Of a DNA stretch of 64,000 nt, positions 8,808 to 17,724 are shown one piece after another; the stretch's first letter is position 1, and every line of letters begins with the position of its first letter. The stretch spans positions 174,277-238,276 of the forward strand of contig JAJTYI010000004.1 of assembly GCA_021463645.1 (NCBI GenBank). Reading direction: 5' to 3'. The notes below the pieces were generated by a model. It saw only the letters and a program-made list of their open reading frames with translations, made no database searches and was not told the origin of the DNA. The DNA is from a bacterium. Its GTDB lineage: Bacteria; Patescibacteriota; Dojkabacteria; B142; OLB20. The translations under genes were made by a program, and so were the position numbers.

Positions 8808-9290
8808 TTATTCAATTGTAAGTTTATTCTCTTTCGCTGCTTTTTTCCCGAGTACGTGTTCAACTTCGCTACGAACAAAGTTAATTGCGATTTTCAGATT
8901 GTAATCGTCTGAAAAACTTAATGCTTTGTTGTTTTCGCTTTTGGTTCTTTCGCTAGCTTTAATCATATTGATTAATTTGATTGCATCTTCGATAGTTCCG
9001 GTATTAAGGTGTTCTTTTGCAATAACATCCATATTAATTGCATCGTCTTTATCAAGTTTGGCTTTTTTCCAGAGGTTTTTGAGTGCAGTCTTTAAATCTT
9101 CTTTCTTCATGGGTTTGCGGACACAGAGGTTATCGGTTTGTGAGGTTGGAATCGAAATACTTATATTTGTATCAGGAAACTCAAGTTCGAAATATTCAAT
9201 AAGATTTCCACCAACTTCTTCTTGATGGATATCTTTGATTTTTCCGCAACCATAAATAGGGTAGACGATGGTATCGTTAATTTTGTACAT
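8808..9290 (-). CDS. CarD/CdnL family transcriptional regulator
   Basis: 160 aa. N-terminal RID-like domain: YKINDTIVYPIYGCGKIKDIHQEEVGGNLIEYFELEF. Confidence 0.85.
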   Translation of the reverse strand: MYKINDTIVYPIYGCGKIKDIHQEEVGGNLIEYFELEFPDTNISISIPTSQTDNLCVRKPMKKEDLKTALKNLWKKAKLDKDDAINMDVIAKEHLNTGTIEDAIKLINMIKASERTKSENNKALSFSDDYNLKIAINFVRSEVEHVLGKKAAKENKLTIE

Positions 9291-9351
9291 CTCGTTTATG
9301 TGAAATATTCGGATATAATGTTCTATGCATTATAACAGAAAAACGACGATA

Positions 9352-10401
9352 TTATAACCGGAATAACCGAGCAAGAATTTTGCCAAGTAAATCTTGTTTC
9401 TTTTCGGTTGTAGCTGTGAGCCTATCTGTGAAAAGAAAATCTGCGACAAGAGCACCTAAACTTGCCACAGCCATCGCTAGAAGCTTTAAGCGAGGGAAAA
9501 ATAGGAAAACAAATACCACAAAGGTTATGTAAGTAATAAATTTTACAATGTCATCTATGTTTTTATATAAACTCTGTTTTATAGATAACTTTAGTATTGA
9601 TTCATCATCTTTCATTTTCGATTTCTCCATAACTTCGGCATATTTCTTTGCGATAAGATAAAATCCTAGTGCGTTTCTGGCGATTTCAATAATTAGAATG
9701 AATAGAATTATATTAATTGTGGTATTGAAATTATCGTAAAAATTGATTCCTCTCACCATTAAATCGTAATCACCAATTCGTGCTACCAGTTCTGTGTTGA
9801 GATTTTCAGGTAAGAAAAACAGTCTCTCAGAGTCAATAGTGAGAAAGAAAACAAATAGTGTAATTTCAAAAAAATCAGTAAAATTTGCAACAAAGCTGTC
9901 TTTAAATGAATCAAAATCTTTGCGATTCCCAGGTCTTGTTAAAAACGCGGTAGTAATGACAAGGACAAAGGTGAGAACAACAGTAAAAATTGTAACATCG
10001 TAAACTGACCCGACATATTTAAAAAGAAATATTAAAAGAAAGTATAGATACACATTAATAACAAATGCATACAGTGGCGCTAAATTTTTTAGTAAATTCT
10101 TAAGTTTTCTTAAAGCATTTCGTGAAAATCTCTTAATTGCCTCGTAAATATCTATGGACGTCAAAGAGCCATCAATAACTCTTTTAATAATTTCTACAGC
10201 TTGGTCACGGAGACCAACAAACACCAAGATACTTAAGAATATAAATAGAGTTGTTAAACCAATCAGAGTAATACGTAAAATCTGGTATACAATCATAAAT
10301 AGAGGATTGATGAAGAAGTAGCTAATTAATGCTAAAAACAGGAAAATCCCTAAATAAAACAGGAATAAAGATTTCTTAGATTTGAAAATTTTATTCTTCA
10401 T
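9352..10401 (-). CDS. Polytopic membrane protein of unknown function
   Basis: 349 aa with about 8 hydrophobic segments and no recognisable motif. Overlaps the fur stop by 11 nt, so probably co-transcribed. Confidence 0.6.
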   Translation of the reverse strand: MKNKIFKSKKSLFLFYLGIFLFLALISYFFINPLFMIVYQILRITLIGLTTLFIFLSILVFVGLRDQAVEIIKRVIDGSLTSIDIYEAIKRFSRNALRKLKNLLKNLAPLYAFVINVYLYFLLIFLFKYVGSVYDVTIFTVVLTFVLVITTAFLTRPGNRKDFDSFKDSFVANFTDFFEITLFVFFLTIDSERLFFLPENLNTELVARIGDYDLMVRGINFYDNFNTTINIILFILIIEIARNALGFYLIAKKYAEVMEKSKMKDDESILKLSIKQSLYKNIDDIVKFITYITFVVFVFLFFPRLKLLAMAVASLGALVADFLFTDRLTATTEKKQDLLGKILARLFRL

Positions 10402-10813
10402 CGTTTATACAATCTTTGCATAATCCGTAGAATTCAAAAACATGATCTGTGATTGTGAAATCATTAATTTCGTTTTTTGTTGATTCGAGTGCACTCTCTA
10501 GAGATTTTGATTTGATACAAGATATCTTTTTACAATGTTTACAGATCAAATGATGATGATGCTCTAGTATAGTTAATTCATATTTTGGTGCCTCGCTTTG
10601 AAGTTGGATTTGGTCGAGGATTTTATTTTCAACGAAAAAATTAAGATTTCTATAAACGGTAGCTCTATCCATTTTTGATTTTAATAACTCAACAAGCTCT
10701 GGAGCGCTATAGGATGTGTGATTACCTAGGAACAACTCTAGGATTTGCATCCTGGAGTTGTTTAGTTTTAGTCCTTTCGATTTTAAGTCTTTTATAAAGT
10801 TTGTGGTTTCCAT
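10391..10813 (-). CDS. fur: Fur family transcriptional regulator
   Basis: 140 aa. Winged helix (RATVYRNL), HHHHLICKHCKK and CKDC metal-site motifs. Confidence 0.88.
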   Translation of the reverse strand: METTNFIKDLKSKGLKLNNSRMQILELFLGNHTSYSAPELVELLKSKMDRATVYRNLNFFVENKILDQIQLQSEAPKYELTILEHHHHLICKHCKKISCIKSKSLESALESTKNEINDFTITDHVFEFYGLCKDCINDEE

Positions 10814-10930
10814 GACTTAATCATAAAATTGAAAGAGTAATAATACAAGATTCGGACACATATTGTCTCATATTTCCAAATTATTGATGAATCTGTTTTT
10901 TCAGACTCAATTGGTCGAAAGTGACTTTTC

Positions 10931-10939
10931 GGGTATAAT
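10931..10939 (+). promoter_or_regulatory. Candidate -10 element (GGGTATAAT) upstream of the repeat-containing tRNA-Asn leader
   Basis: Perfect TATAAT at 10934-10939, ~250 nt upstream of tRNA-Asn. No other + strand gene lies between. Confidence 0.35.
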
Positions 10940-10949
10940 CAAATGAGGT

Positions 10950-11137
10950 GTAGACGAACACGAGCTTAAGCGATGTGTGAGTCTAACCGAATTTGTCCCG
11001 TAAACGAGCATCGCGAGTTGTACGGGACCTAACTCTTTGTTCTATATAATTGCAAAGGCGTTGACGAACACGAGCGTAAGCGATGTGTGAGACTAGCCGA
11101 ATTTGTCCCGTAAACGAGCATCGCGAGTTGTACGGGG
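10950..11137. repeat. Two 78-bp direct repeats (10950-11027, 11060-11137), each ending in a CCCGTA..TACGGG hairpin
   Basis: GT(A/T)GACGAACACGAGC(T/G)TAAGCGATGTGTGAG(T/A)CTA(A/G)CCGAATTTGTCCCGTAAACGAGCATCGCGAGTTGTACGGG occurs twice, 110-nt period, with 4 mismatches by eye. Confidence 0.85.
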
Positions 11138-11190
11138 GGATACCAATCTAAGTGTAGTAAACTATTTGTGAGTTATAAAGACAGAAGTAA

Positions 11191-11262
11191 TGGCCAGTAG
11201 CACAATGGTAGTGCAATCCGCTGTTAACGGATAGGTTCTAGGTTCGAGTCCTAGCTGGCCAG
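11191..11262 (+). tRNA. tRNA-Asn (anticodon GUU)
   Basis: Hand-folded 72-nt cloverleaf: acceptor TGGCCAG/CTGGCCA, D arm GCAC-AATGGTA-GTGC, anticodon loop CTGTTAA, T arm CTAGG-TTCGAGT-CCTAG, discriminator G. Confidence 0.9.
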
Positions 11263-11425
11263 TTTTGAAAATTTAGGTTCTCCCACTTCGCTAATGCTTC
11301 GTGGGACTAACCATCAGTAAGGTTCACAAGTTCACTAACTGAGGGTTTAGGAATCCCTGTCTGCCGACAGGCAGGCTGCTCGACTAGCCAAAGGTTCCCC
11401 TGCTCCATTTCATTTCGCAGGACTA
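11251..11425. repeat. Copy 1 of a ~175-bp direct repeat that starts with the last 12 nt of tRNA-Asn
   Basis: CTAGCTGGCCAGTTTTGAAA(A/G)TTTAGGTTCTCCCACTTCGCTAA..., including the palindrome CCCTGTCTGCCGACAGGCAGG, recurs at 11527-11702. Confidence 0.85.
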
Positions 11426-11526
11426 CCCCTCACTTTCGTCAGGGCAAGCCAGCTCTAAGCCTCTACTTCGACAAGCTCGGTATCGGCAAGACCTGGTTGA
11501 GGAGTCCCTGTCTGCCGACAGGCAGG

Positions 11527-11702
11527 CTAGCTGGCCAGTTTTGAAAGTTTAGGTTCTCCCACTTCGCTAACGCTTCGTGGGACTAATCAGCAGTAAAGTT
11601 CGCAAACTCACTAACTGCTGATTGAGGAATCCCTGTCTGCCGACAGGCAGGCTGCTCGACCAGCCATAGGTTCCCCTGCTCCATTTTATTACGTGGGACT
11701 AA
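11527..11702. repeat. Copy 2 of the ~175-bp repeat (orphan tRNA-Asn 3' end plus trailer)
   Basis: See 11251-11425. A third copy of CCCTGTCTGCCGACAGGCAGG alone precedes it at about 11503-11526. Confidence 0.85.
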
Positions 11703-11741
11703 TAATTGCCTTAAATCTGATTGTACAATTTCAATTATCCA

Positions 11742-13010
11742 TTAAGAGGATTCGTGTACTTTTATTAATGCTCTTCCCAAACCATCGATTACTCCTACAA
11801 CCAGCGCATTCCCCATAAAAAATGCTCTTTTTGTATCGCTATGTCCTTTTGTATGATTATCGGGAAACATACATAATCGTTCCAATTCTATTGGAGTGAG
11901 TCTTCGGAGCCCTTTCGGTGTTTGTATTACATGTTTAAATCTTGAAGGTGAAGAACCTCCTTCGCTCGTAATAATTGTACGTGAAGGTTTATCAAGTGGG
12001 TCGGGAAATGCAACAGCGCCTTCTTTGTATATGAATTCGTAACCGTTCGCACCCTTACGAGGCTCATTCTTTGCTCCTTTGAGATAGGCCCATCTATCTA
12101 AATCTGTTTTTGAAATAAAAAATTCGTCAGAAATTTCATTCAAATCTTTTATTATAATATCATTTAAAGTTATAGTTTTACCTATGTATATTGGTTTAAC
12201 TATGGCCGTATATGCAGTGCCGTTAATCATTATTCCTGAATTTGCAAAAGGGGATTTTTTAGGTTTTGTTAGATTAAATGTGTTTGATACAACAACAGGG
12301 TCCGGATTAATTTCTATCATGTTGATTTGGCTTAAAACTTTTGCGGGGAAAGATTGCTGAACAACGCCTTCCTCTTCTAACCATTTAAGTGGATTGATTT
12401 TTCTGTTTAATTTATTGAAGATGTTAGAGCCCTGCCGATAACCTATAATAAATATTCTTCTTCTGCGTTGAGGCATTCCGTAATCAGCAGCATTAATTAC
12501 TCTCCATTCAACGGAATAACCTAGTTCACTTAGTGAGGATAAAATGATTGCAAAATCACGTCCTCGTCGAGAGGCAGGTGAGGACAGAAGTCTATCAACA
12601 TTTTCTAGTAGTAGATACTTAGGTGCTTTTTTCCCTTGTTTCTTTAATATTTTATAAATTGACCACCACAGAACACCTTTTTTTCCTTCAAGACCAGCGG
12701 ATGCTGATAAATTACGTGCAACAGAATAATCTTGGCAAGGAAATCCCCCAACTAGTAAATCATGTACAGGAACTTTATCTATTACATTTGCCACATCAAT
12801 ATTTGTGAATTCTGAATTCACTACATCATTTCCAAAGCGATTAACATAAACCTGGTGAGCGTGTTGTGTCTTTGTAGCAGGTTCCCACTGATTAAACCAT
12901 ATTGTATTATAGTTCTCGTGGTATGATTTGCGTTGTTCAGGGGTTCCCTCAAGGCCGAGTCTAAAACCTCCAACACCAGCAAATAGCTCCACTACTTTTA
13001 TTTTTTCCAT
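11742..13010 (-). CDS. dcm: DNA (cytosine-5)-methyltransferase (type II R-M methylase)
   Basis: 422 aa. Motif I ELFAGVGGFRLG, motif IV GGFPCQDYS, motif VI ENV, motif VIII QRRRRIFIIG, and C-terminal GNALVV. Confidence 0.93.
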   Translation of the reverse strand: MEKIKVVELFAGVGGFRLGLEGTPEQRKSYHENYNTIWFNQWEPATKTQHAHQVYVNRFGNDVVNSEFTNIDVANVIDKVPVHDLLVGGFPCQDYSVARNLSASAGLEGKKGVLWWSIYKILKKQGKKAPKYLLLENVDRLLSSPASRRGRDFAIILSSLSELGYSVEWRVINAADYGMPQRRRRIFIIGYRQGSNIFNKLNRKINPLKWLEEEGVVQQSFPAKVLSQINMIEINPDPVVVSNTFNLTKPKKSPFANSGIMINGTAYTAIVKPIYIGKTITLNDIIIKDLNEISDEFFISKTDLDRWAYLKGAKNEPRKGANGYEFIYKEGAVAFPDPLDKPSRTIITSEGGSSPSRFKHVIQTPKGLRRLTPIELERLCMFPDNHTKGHSDTKRAFFMGNALVVGVIDGLGRALIKVHESS

Positions 13011-13125
13011 GAATCAAAACAATATTTTATATGAATACTTTATGATATCATTAATTCTAATATGGATCAAGATATGGATTAAGCATATTAAGTTTACTAA
13101 TTATAATATTTAAGAATCTATTAAA

Positions 13126-13884
13126 ATGAATTCCAGGTTTGATGAAATTTTGAAAATAGAGGGTAATCCACCTAGTCAAAGTGTAGTTTATGAGAAAAGA
13201 TTAAATAGAATAAAGGAGGCGATTAGCTGGCCAACTGGCACATTTGAGAATAAAGAGTATACCACAATTTGGAGTGGTGAACAGGGATATGAAATAAAAT
13301 TAGGTAAACCTGGGAAAGAGTCTCAAACAAATTATGCAGGACAGTTAAATATACATGATATGAGACCCGATATCTTTCACCATGGAGAAAATCTTAATTT
13401 AGCGGCAACATTCGGAAATGTCATTTATGACTTAGAAGAAGTCGCACGAACAGATAGATACTGCGTTGAATTATTAGCTGTGTTATTTTTTAGATCCGCT
13501 TTTTTGTTAGACCACAAAGAACAACGTGATGAGACTGATAAAGTTTTCTTCCGATATGAACCAAACTTAGAGGTAGTCAAATATATCTCTGAGAGAATTC
13601 CAGAATTACATGGGATGCCTCCTATTGTTTTTTTGCAATATATAGATGCAATAGCGTTAAATGAGGATGTAAAGTACTACTCTAAAGGTAAAAACTTAAA
13701 GCATCAAAATACAGGAGGAAAAAATAATTACCTGACATATGTAATGATAACAGCTGTAATGACTGGAGATTTACCTATTAGTGCAATAGCAAGCAAGTTG
13801 TTGCGTTCAAATGTGTCAGCGATAAGTAATAAAGATGCATTAAATGTTTTACCACATCTAAGAGGAGGGAATTTACTACCATAA
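13126..13884 (+). CDS. Putative type II restriction endonuclease (positional inference only)
   Basis: 252-aa ORF transcribed divergently from the C5-methyltransferase, 115 nt apart. No nuclease motif recognised by eye. Confidence 0.4.
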   Translation: MNSRFDEILKIEGNPPSQSVVYEKRLNRIKEAISWPTGTFENKEYTTIWSGEQGYEIKLGKPGKESQTNYAGQLNIHDMRPDIFHHGENLNLAATFGNVIYDLEEVARTDRYCVELLAVLFFRSAFLLDHKEQRDETDKVFFRYEPNLEVVKYISERIPELHGMPPIVFLQYIDAIALNEDVKYYSKGKNLKHQNTGGKNNYLTYVMITAVMTGDLPISAIASKLLRSNVSAISNKDALNVLPHLRGGNLLP

Positions 13885-13925
13885 ATAGAATTGTAGCAAT
13901 TAGTTCAAAACAATAATAAATTCAA

Positions 13926-13957
13926 AGAGCTCCCCAAAATTGGGAAGCTCTTTTTTT
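13926..13957. terminator. Rho-independent terminator between convergent genes
   Basis: GAGCTCCCC-AAAATT-GGGAAGCTC stem (9 positions, one mismatch) followed by TTTTTTT. Sits 42 nt after the 13884 stop. Confidence 0.7.
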
Positions 13958-13986
13958 AATTTCTGTGAAGCTTTTGTGAGTCTTCT

Positions 13987-14511
13987 TTAGACAGAAACTG
14001 ATTTTACATCTTCTGCGTGATTCTCAGTAAAGATACTCTCAACTAAATCTTCTTCACTACTGTGTGCTGATACAGCAACGAGAATTCCACCTTCTTTAAT
14101 TCTTTCTTCATAGACTCTTGCGTCTTCTTCAGGTAATCCTAGACCTGTTAATGCTCCAATCAAACCACCGGCTAAGGCTCCGGTTGCAACTCCAGAAGTA
14201 ACTGTAGCTGCATCTCCAGTCAATCCTAACGCAGCTGCTATTGGACCACCGACGAATAAAGCTCCGATACCTGGTAATACAAAACTTGCAAGTAAACCAG
14301 CTAATCCTCCTAATATTGCACCCGATGTAGCACCTGCTACTGCTCCTTCTGCAACGTCTGAACCAGTCTCTTCTGCAATTCTTTTTCCTTCTGATCTATC
14401 CTTAACTACGATAGAAATATCTTTAGGATCGTATCCTTGAGATTTTAGTGAATTAATTGCCTCCTCTGCAGATTCACGTTCTGCAAAAATACCGAAAATA
14501 GTATTTGCCAT
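13987..14511 (-). CDS. General stress protein 17M-like (YflT domain plus glycine-zipper)
   Basis: 174 aa. N-terminal FGIFAERESAEEAINSLKSQGYDPKDISIV, a central Gly/Ala-rich glycine-zipper segment, and a strong AGGAGG Shine-Dalgarno 8 nt upstream of the ATG. Confidence 0.75.
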   Translation of the reverse strand: MANTIFGIFAERESAEEAINSLKSQGYDPKDISIVVKDRSEGKRIAEETGSDVAEGAVAGATSGAILGGLAGLLASFVLPGIGALFVGGPIAAALGLTGDAATVTSGVATGALAGGLIGALTGLGLPEEDARVYEERIKEGGILVAVSAHSSEEDLVESIFTENHAEDVKSVSV

Positions 14512-14750
14512 GGTATTTGCCTCCTTATAAAAAATAAAATAAAAAATATAAATCTATCTTTCAACAAATAGTTTCGTAAACACAATGAACTCAATTATTA
14601 ATAAGCATAGAATAAGTTTGTTACTTTAATAATCAAGTCCCAGTTAAAGTTTAGAAACTATATCTATAATAACTTTAGTGAGTTAAGGAAAAATTTAAGT
14701 TTTGTAAAAATTTGATGAAGGGAACTACGAGTTAAGAGGGAGGAAGAGTT

Positions 14751-15179
14751 CTAGTCTACATTTGTGATTGTTATGGTTTTTTCATTAAAGTTTATTTTTT
14801 CTCCTTGTTTTTTTCCTAACACTGCTTTGCCTAATGGAGAATCAACGGATAATAAGTTCTTACTGATATCTGCTTCAATGGACTCAACTAATCGGAAACT
14901 TTTTGAATCTGTATCAATATCGATGTCAAACCATTTCCCTAGCAAAATTTCATCTCCATCAACGTAGTCAGGTAACGCCTCGGCATCATTTAATATATCT
15001 TCAAGCTCTTTTAGCTTCTGATTATGTGCCTGCAAGTTTGTAGAAACTGCAGCGGCTTCCTTGAAGGAATCCATCGGACCTCCACGTTTTACACCTTCTT
15101 CTAATTCGTTCTTAAGAAAGTCTCTTTTTGCTTTTAATTCTTTTTGTAGCTCGAGTAATTTTTGATTAGAAATTTTCAT
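14751..15179 (-). CDS. GreA/Gfh-like transcript cleavage factor family protein
   Basis: 142 aa. N-terminal coiled coil, then a C-terminal FKBP-like domain (SVDSPLGKAVLGKKQGEKINF). Confidence 0.75.
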   Translation of the reverse strand: MKISNQKLLELQKELKAKRDFLKNELEEGVKRGGPMDSFKEAAAVSTNLQAHNQKLKELEDILNDAEALPDYVDGDEILLGKWFDIDIDTDSKSFRLVESIEADISKNLLSVDSPLGKAVLGKKQGEKINFNEKTITITNVD

Positions 15180-15205
15180 AAATTTTCAATTATTGACTAA
15201 TTATA

Positions 15206-15214
15206 TGGTATAAA
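15206..15214 (+). promoter_or_regulatory. Candidate extended -10 promoter (TGGTATAAA) for 15263 gene
   Basis: TGnTATAAA lies 49 nt upstream of the ATG. The same 9-mer recurs at 16286-16294 upstream of the SDR gene. Confidence 0.4.
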
Positions 15215-15262
15215 AGGTTTTTAGGGAACATGTTTCCATATGTTTAAGTTCTGAGTTAAATT

Positions 15263-16243
15263 ATGTTTCTAAGAGAAAATACCCAAGAATCTAGGTTTAC
15301 TCCACCCAGTTTTGATGAATTAGTCAATGAGCATAAAGCCAAATCCTTTTTAAGCCCAAAGGGGGTGATTCTAAACTTGCCAGTGGATCGAGACTTAGAT
15401 TGTTATAATCCATCTGGGCCCTTTGTATTAATCCCGGGTGGAAATACCTCGATGTTTGCCAGAGTTGAACCTAGAGCGATAGAAGGTTCTTTGTCCGTTC
15501 CTTACAAACGTAAAGATGGTTTATGGAGACCCGTTCGTGATATTGCTGGGTTAAATCTTGAAGATCCATCAGTTGTGAATATCAAAGGTGAAAATATTTT
15601 AATTGGAGTGAGAGTGTGGCCAGAACCTACAGCGGATAATCCTTTTGCTACAAATTACAGAAATGAATTCTACAGAATAAATGGGGATTTTGAAGAGTAT
15701 GAAATGATAGGCTATGGGCCAGACCGTCAAAAGGATACACAACTTATTGATCTTGGTGACGATGGAATTGGTGTTATGACACGCCCTCATTTAGATGCTT
15801 TGAGAAGGGGTGTACTCGCATTCACGATAATAGAATCATTAAATGATTTAGTCCCAGAAAACCTAATAAATGCAAACATAATTTTCAATCAAGTACCACC
15901 TGGGAATTGGGTGGGGGTGAATCAACTATTTTTGTTGAATGATGGAACTATTGGAGTATTAGGTCATGTGGCAAAAGAAGATGAAAAAGGTAAAAGCTAT
16001 GCAGCAATGGTATTTAGATATAACTGGAAGGCTCACTTAGTTACCCCCATAGAAGTTATAGCAACACCCGATGATTTCCCAAAATTTGAGAGTAAAACTC
16101 CTAAACATAGGAATGTAATTTTTCCTTCGTCTTTGGTAATCAATCCTGGAAATTCTTCAAGAGCAATTCTATATGCAGGCTTGGGTGATGCAAGTACAGG
16201 GTATTTAAATACATACAATCCATTCTTTGGGTTATATCCTTAA
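15263..16243 (+). CDS. Hypothetical protein (possibly beta-propeller, DUF1861/GH-like; unverified)
   Basis: 326-aa ORF with uniform coding-like composition. Only a weak recollection of similarity to DUF1861-type proteins. Confidence 0.55.
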   Translation: MFLRENTQESRFTPPSFDELVNEHKAKSFLSPKGVILNLPVDRDLDCYNPSGPFVLIPGGNTSMFARVEPRAIEGSLSVPYKRKDGLWRPVRDIAGLNLEDPSVVNIKGENILIGVRVWPEPTADNPFATNYRNEFYRINGDFEEYEMIGYGPDRQKDTQLIDLGDDGIGVMTRPHLDALRRGVLAFTIIESLNDLVPENLINANIIFNQVPPGNWVGVNQLFLLNDGTIGVLGHVAKEDEKGKSYAAMVFRYNWKAHLVTPIEVIATPDDFPKFESKTPKHRNVIFPSSLVINPGNSSRAILYAGLGDASTGYLNTYNPFFGLYP

Positions 16244-16285
16244 TTTAAAAATATACAAGATACTGATTTATTTTTTTAAAAATTA

Positions 16286-16294
16286 TGGTATAAA
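16286..16294 (+). promoter_or_regulatory. Candidate extended -10 promoter (TGGTATAAA) for SDR gene
   Basis: Identical 9-mer to 15206-15214, 28 nt upstream of the ATG at 16322. Confidence 0.4.
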
Positions 16295-16321
16295 AATAAT
16301 AATTAATAATATTTATAAAAG

Positions 16322-16981
16322 ATGAAAACAATTATCATTACAGGAGTTAGCAATGGTCTAGGTTATCAACTTGCTAAAAAAGCATTGGATGCAGGACATA
16401 GAGTTGTTGGTATCTCTAGGTCAATCCCTGATTTAAAGATCGAACATATAAAAGCTGATCTTACAGAAGAGGACGGATTGAATGCAATCGTAAAAACAAT
16501 CAAAGAAAAGTATTCGAAATTTGATGTGTTAATCAATTGTGCTGGTATGCTTTCAGTGAAGCCATTAGGGAAAGTTGATTACACAGAAACATTGAATTTG
16601 TTTAGACTAAATGTAATTGCTCCACTTTTCTTGGTCTCCGAGCTTGTTGAAATAATAAAATCAAACGAAGCAGATATCGTTAATATTGGTTCGACAGTTG
16701 GATCCAAGGCTTATGAGAAGCAAGCCGCTTATGGTGCTTCAAAATGGGCGGTTCGTGGACTGAACCAAAATCTACAATTAGAATTTAAAAATACCAAATG
16801 TAGAGTTATCGGTTTTAATCCTGGCGGTTTTAAATCAAATTTCTTTGAAAAAGCTACTGGGACTGAAAATAACGATTGGAGTGGTTGGATGAATCCATCA
16901 GAAATTGCTGAATTCATACTACAGATATTAGCATTGCCAAAGAATATGGAGGTTTCAGATATCAATTTAAACAGGAAATAA
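16322..16981 (+). CDS. Short-chain dehydrogenase/reductase (SDR) family oxidoreductase
   Basis: 219 aa with TGVSNGLG (TGxxxGxG), NCAG and YGASKWA (YxxxK) motifs. Confidence 0.88.
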   Translation: MKTIIITGVSNGLGYQLAKKALDAGHRVVGISRSIPDLKIEHIKADLTEEDGLNAIVKTIKEKYSKFDVLINCAGMLSVKPLGKVDYTETLNLFRLNVIAPLFLVSELVEIIKSNEADIVNIGSTVGSKAYEKQAAYGASKWAVRGLNQNLQLEFKNTKCRVIGFNPGGFKSNFFEKATGTENNDWSGWMNPSEIAEFILQILALPKNMEVSDINLNRK

Positions 16982-17000
16982 CGAATTCTATTTTAAAAAT

Positions 17001-17009
17001 TGCTATACT
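17001..17009 (+). promoter_or_regulatory. Candidate extended -10 promoter (TGCTATACT)
   Basis: Located 21 nt upstream of the ATG at 17030. The same 9-mer occurs at 36032-36040 upstream of ccdA. Confidence 0.4.
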
Positions 17010-17029
17010 TAGTTACTTAGGATATTTAT

Positions 17030-17677
17030 ATGTATAGAACTAGGAAATCATTTAAAAATATTGCCATCCATATGATGATTATGGCAATGGTCCTTTTTAC
17101 ACAAATTTTCTATGACACTGTATATGCTCAGACCGAAGAGCAAGAATACAATCAAGAAGTGAAAATTGTTACAAACCCTGCACTAAAGTTACAACTAGAC
17201 CTACCCACAGATCAGGAATATCCCTCCAAAAGTTTCGATATAGTTCTTACAGTAGACTCTCTCATCGATTCGAATCGAGTGGGGGTCAAATGGTTTTATA
17301 ATGAAAGGTTATTAAACATAGCTGAACCTGAAAGAGATATCATTTCAGTTGTAAAAGGACAGAAAACGACACTGCGAAAAACATTTACCCCTGAGGTAAT
17401 ACTTCCACCTTCAACTGTTAATAGACGTGTTGAAATCGCGGTTGAGGTCAATGGTTTTGTAGCTGGAGAAAATTATATAAGCTCTAACAAAACTGAGCTG
17501 GTATTCACTCCTGATATGGTGATAACTCCAACATTGGATAGTTATACTCGAGCAAAAACTATAAGTACCATAAGAGTTTGGAGTCTCTGGACAGGTGCGA
17601 TAATTCTATTGGGTTTGGCAATTTTCTTCGTAATTAGACAATTTAGGGAATACCTAAACCATGACGAGGTAGTATAA
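17030..17677 (+). CDS. Hypothetical exported protein with C-terminal membrane anchor
   Basis: 215 aa. N-terminal signal-like helix ending VYAQ, and a C-terminal TM (WTGAIILLGLAIFFVI). Confidence 0.6.
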   Translation: MYRTRKSFKNIAIHMMIMAMVLFTQIFYDTVYAQTEEQEYNQEVKIVTNPALKLQLDLPTDQEYPSKSFDIVLTVDSLIDSNRVGVKWFYNERLLNIAEPERDIISVVKGQKTTLRKTFTPEVILPPSTVNRRVEIAVEVNGFVAGENYISSNKTELVFTPDMVITPTLDSYTRAKTISTIRVWSLWTGAIILLGLAIFFVIRQFREYLNHDEVV

Positions 17678-17710
17678 ACACGGCATTTTCACATTAACCT
17701 CAGAAACTAC

Positions 17711-17719
17711 TGTTATACT
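17711..17719 (+). promoter_or_regulatory. Candidate extended -10 promoter (TGTTATACT) giving a leaderless recJ mRNA
   Basis: The hexamer ends 5 nt before the recJ ATG (17725), and there is no Shine-Dalgarno. Confidence 0.35.
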
Positions 17720-17724
17720 TTTGT

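Noticed and set aside
11263-13985. Intact integrative element or prophage at tRNA-Asn
   Set aside because: No integrase, recombinase or phage genes are present. Both tRNA-end repeats lie on the same side of the R-M genes, so at most this is a decayed islet. It is reported as a finding with that caveat.
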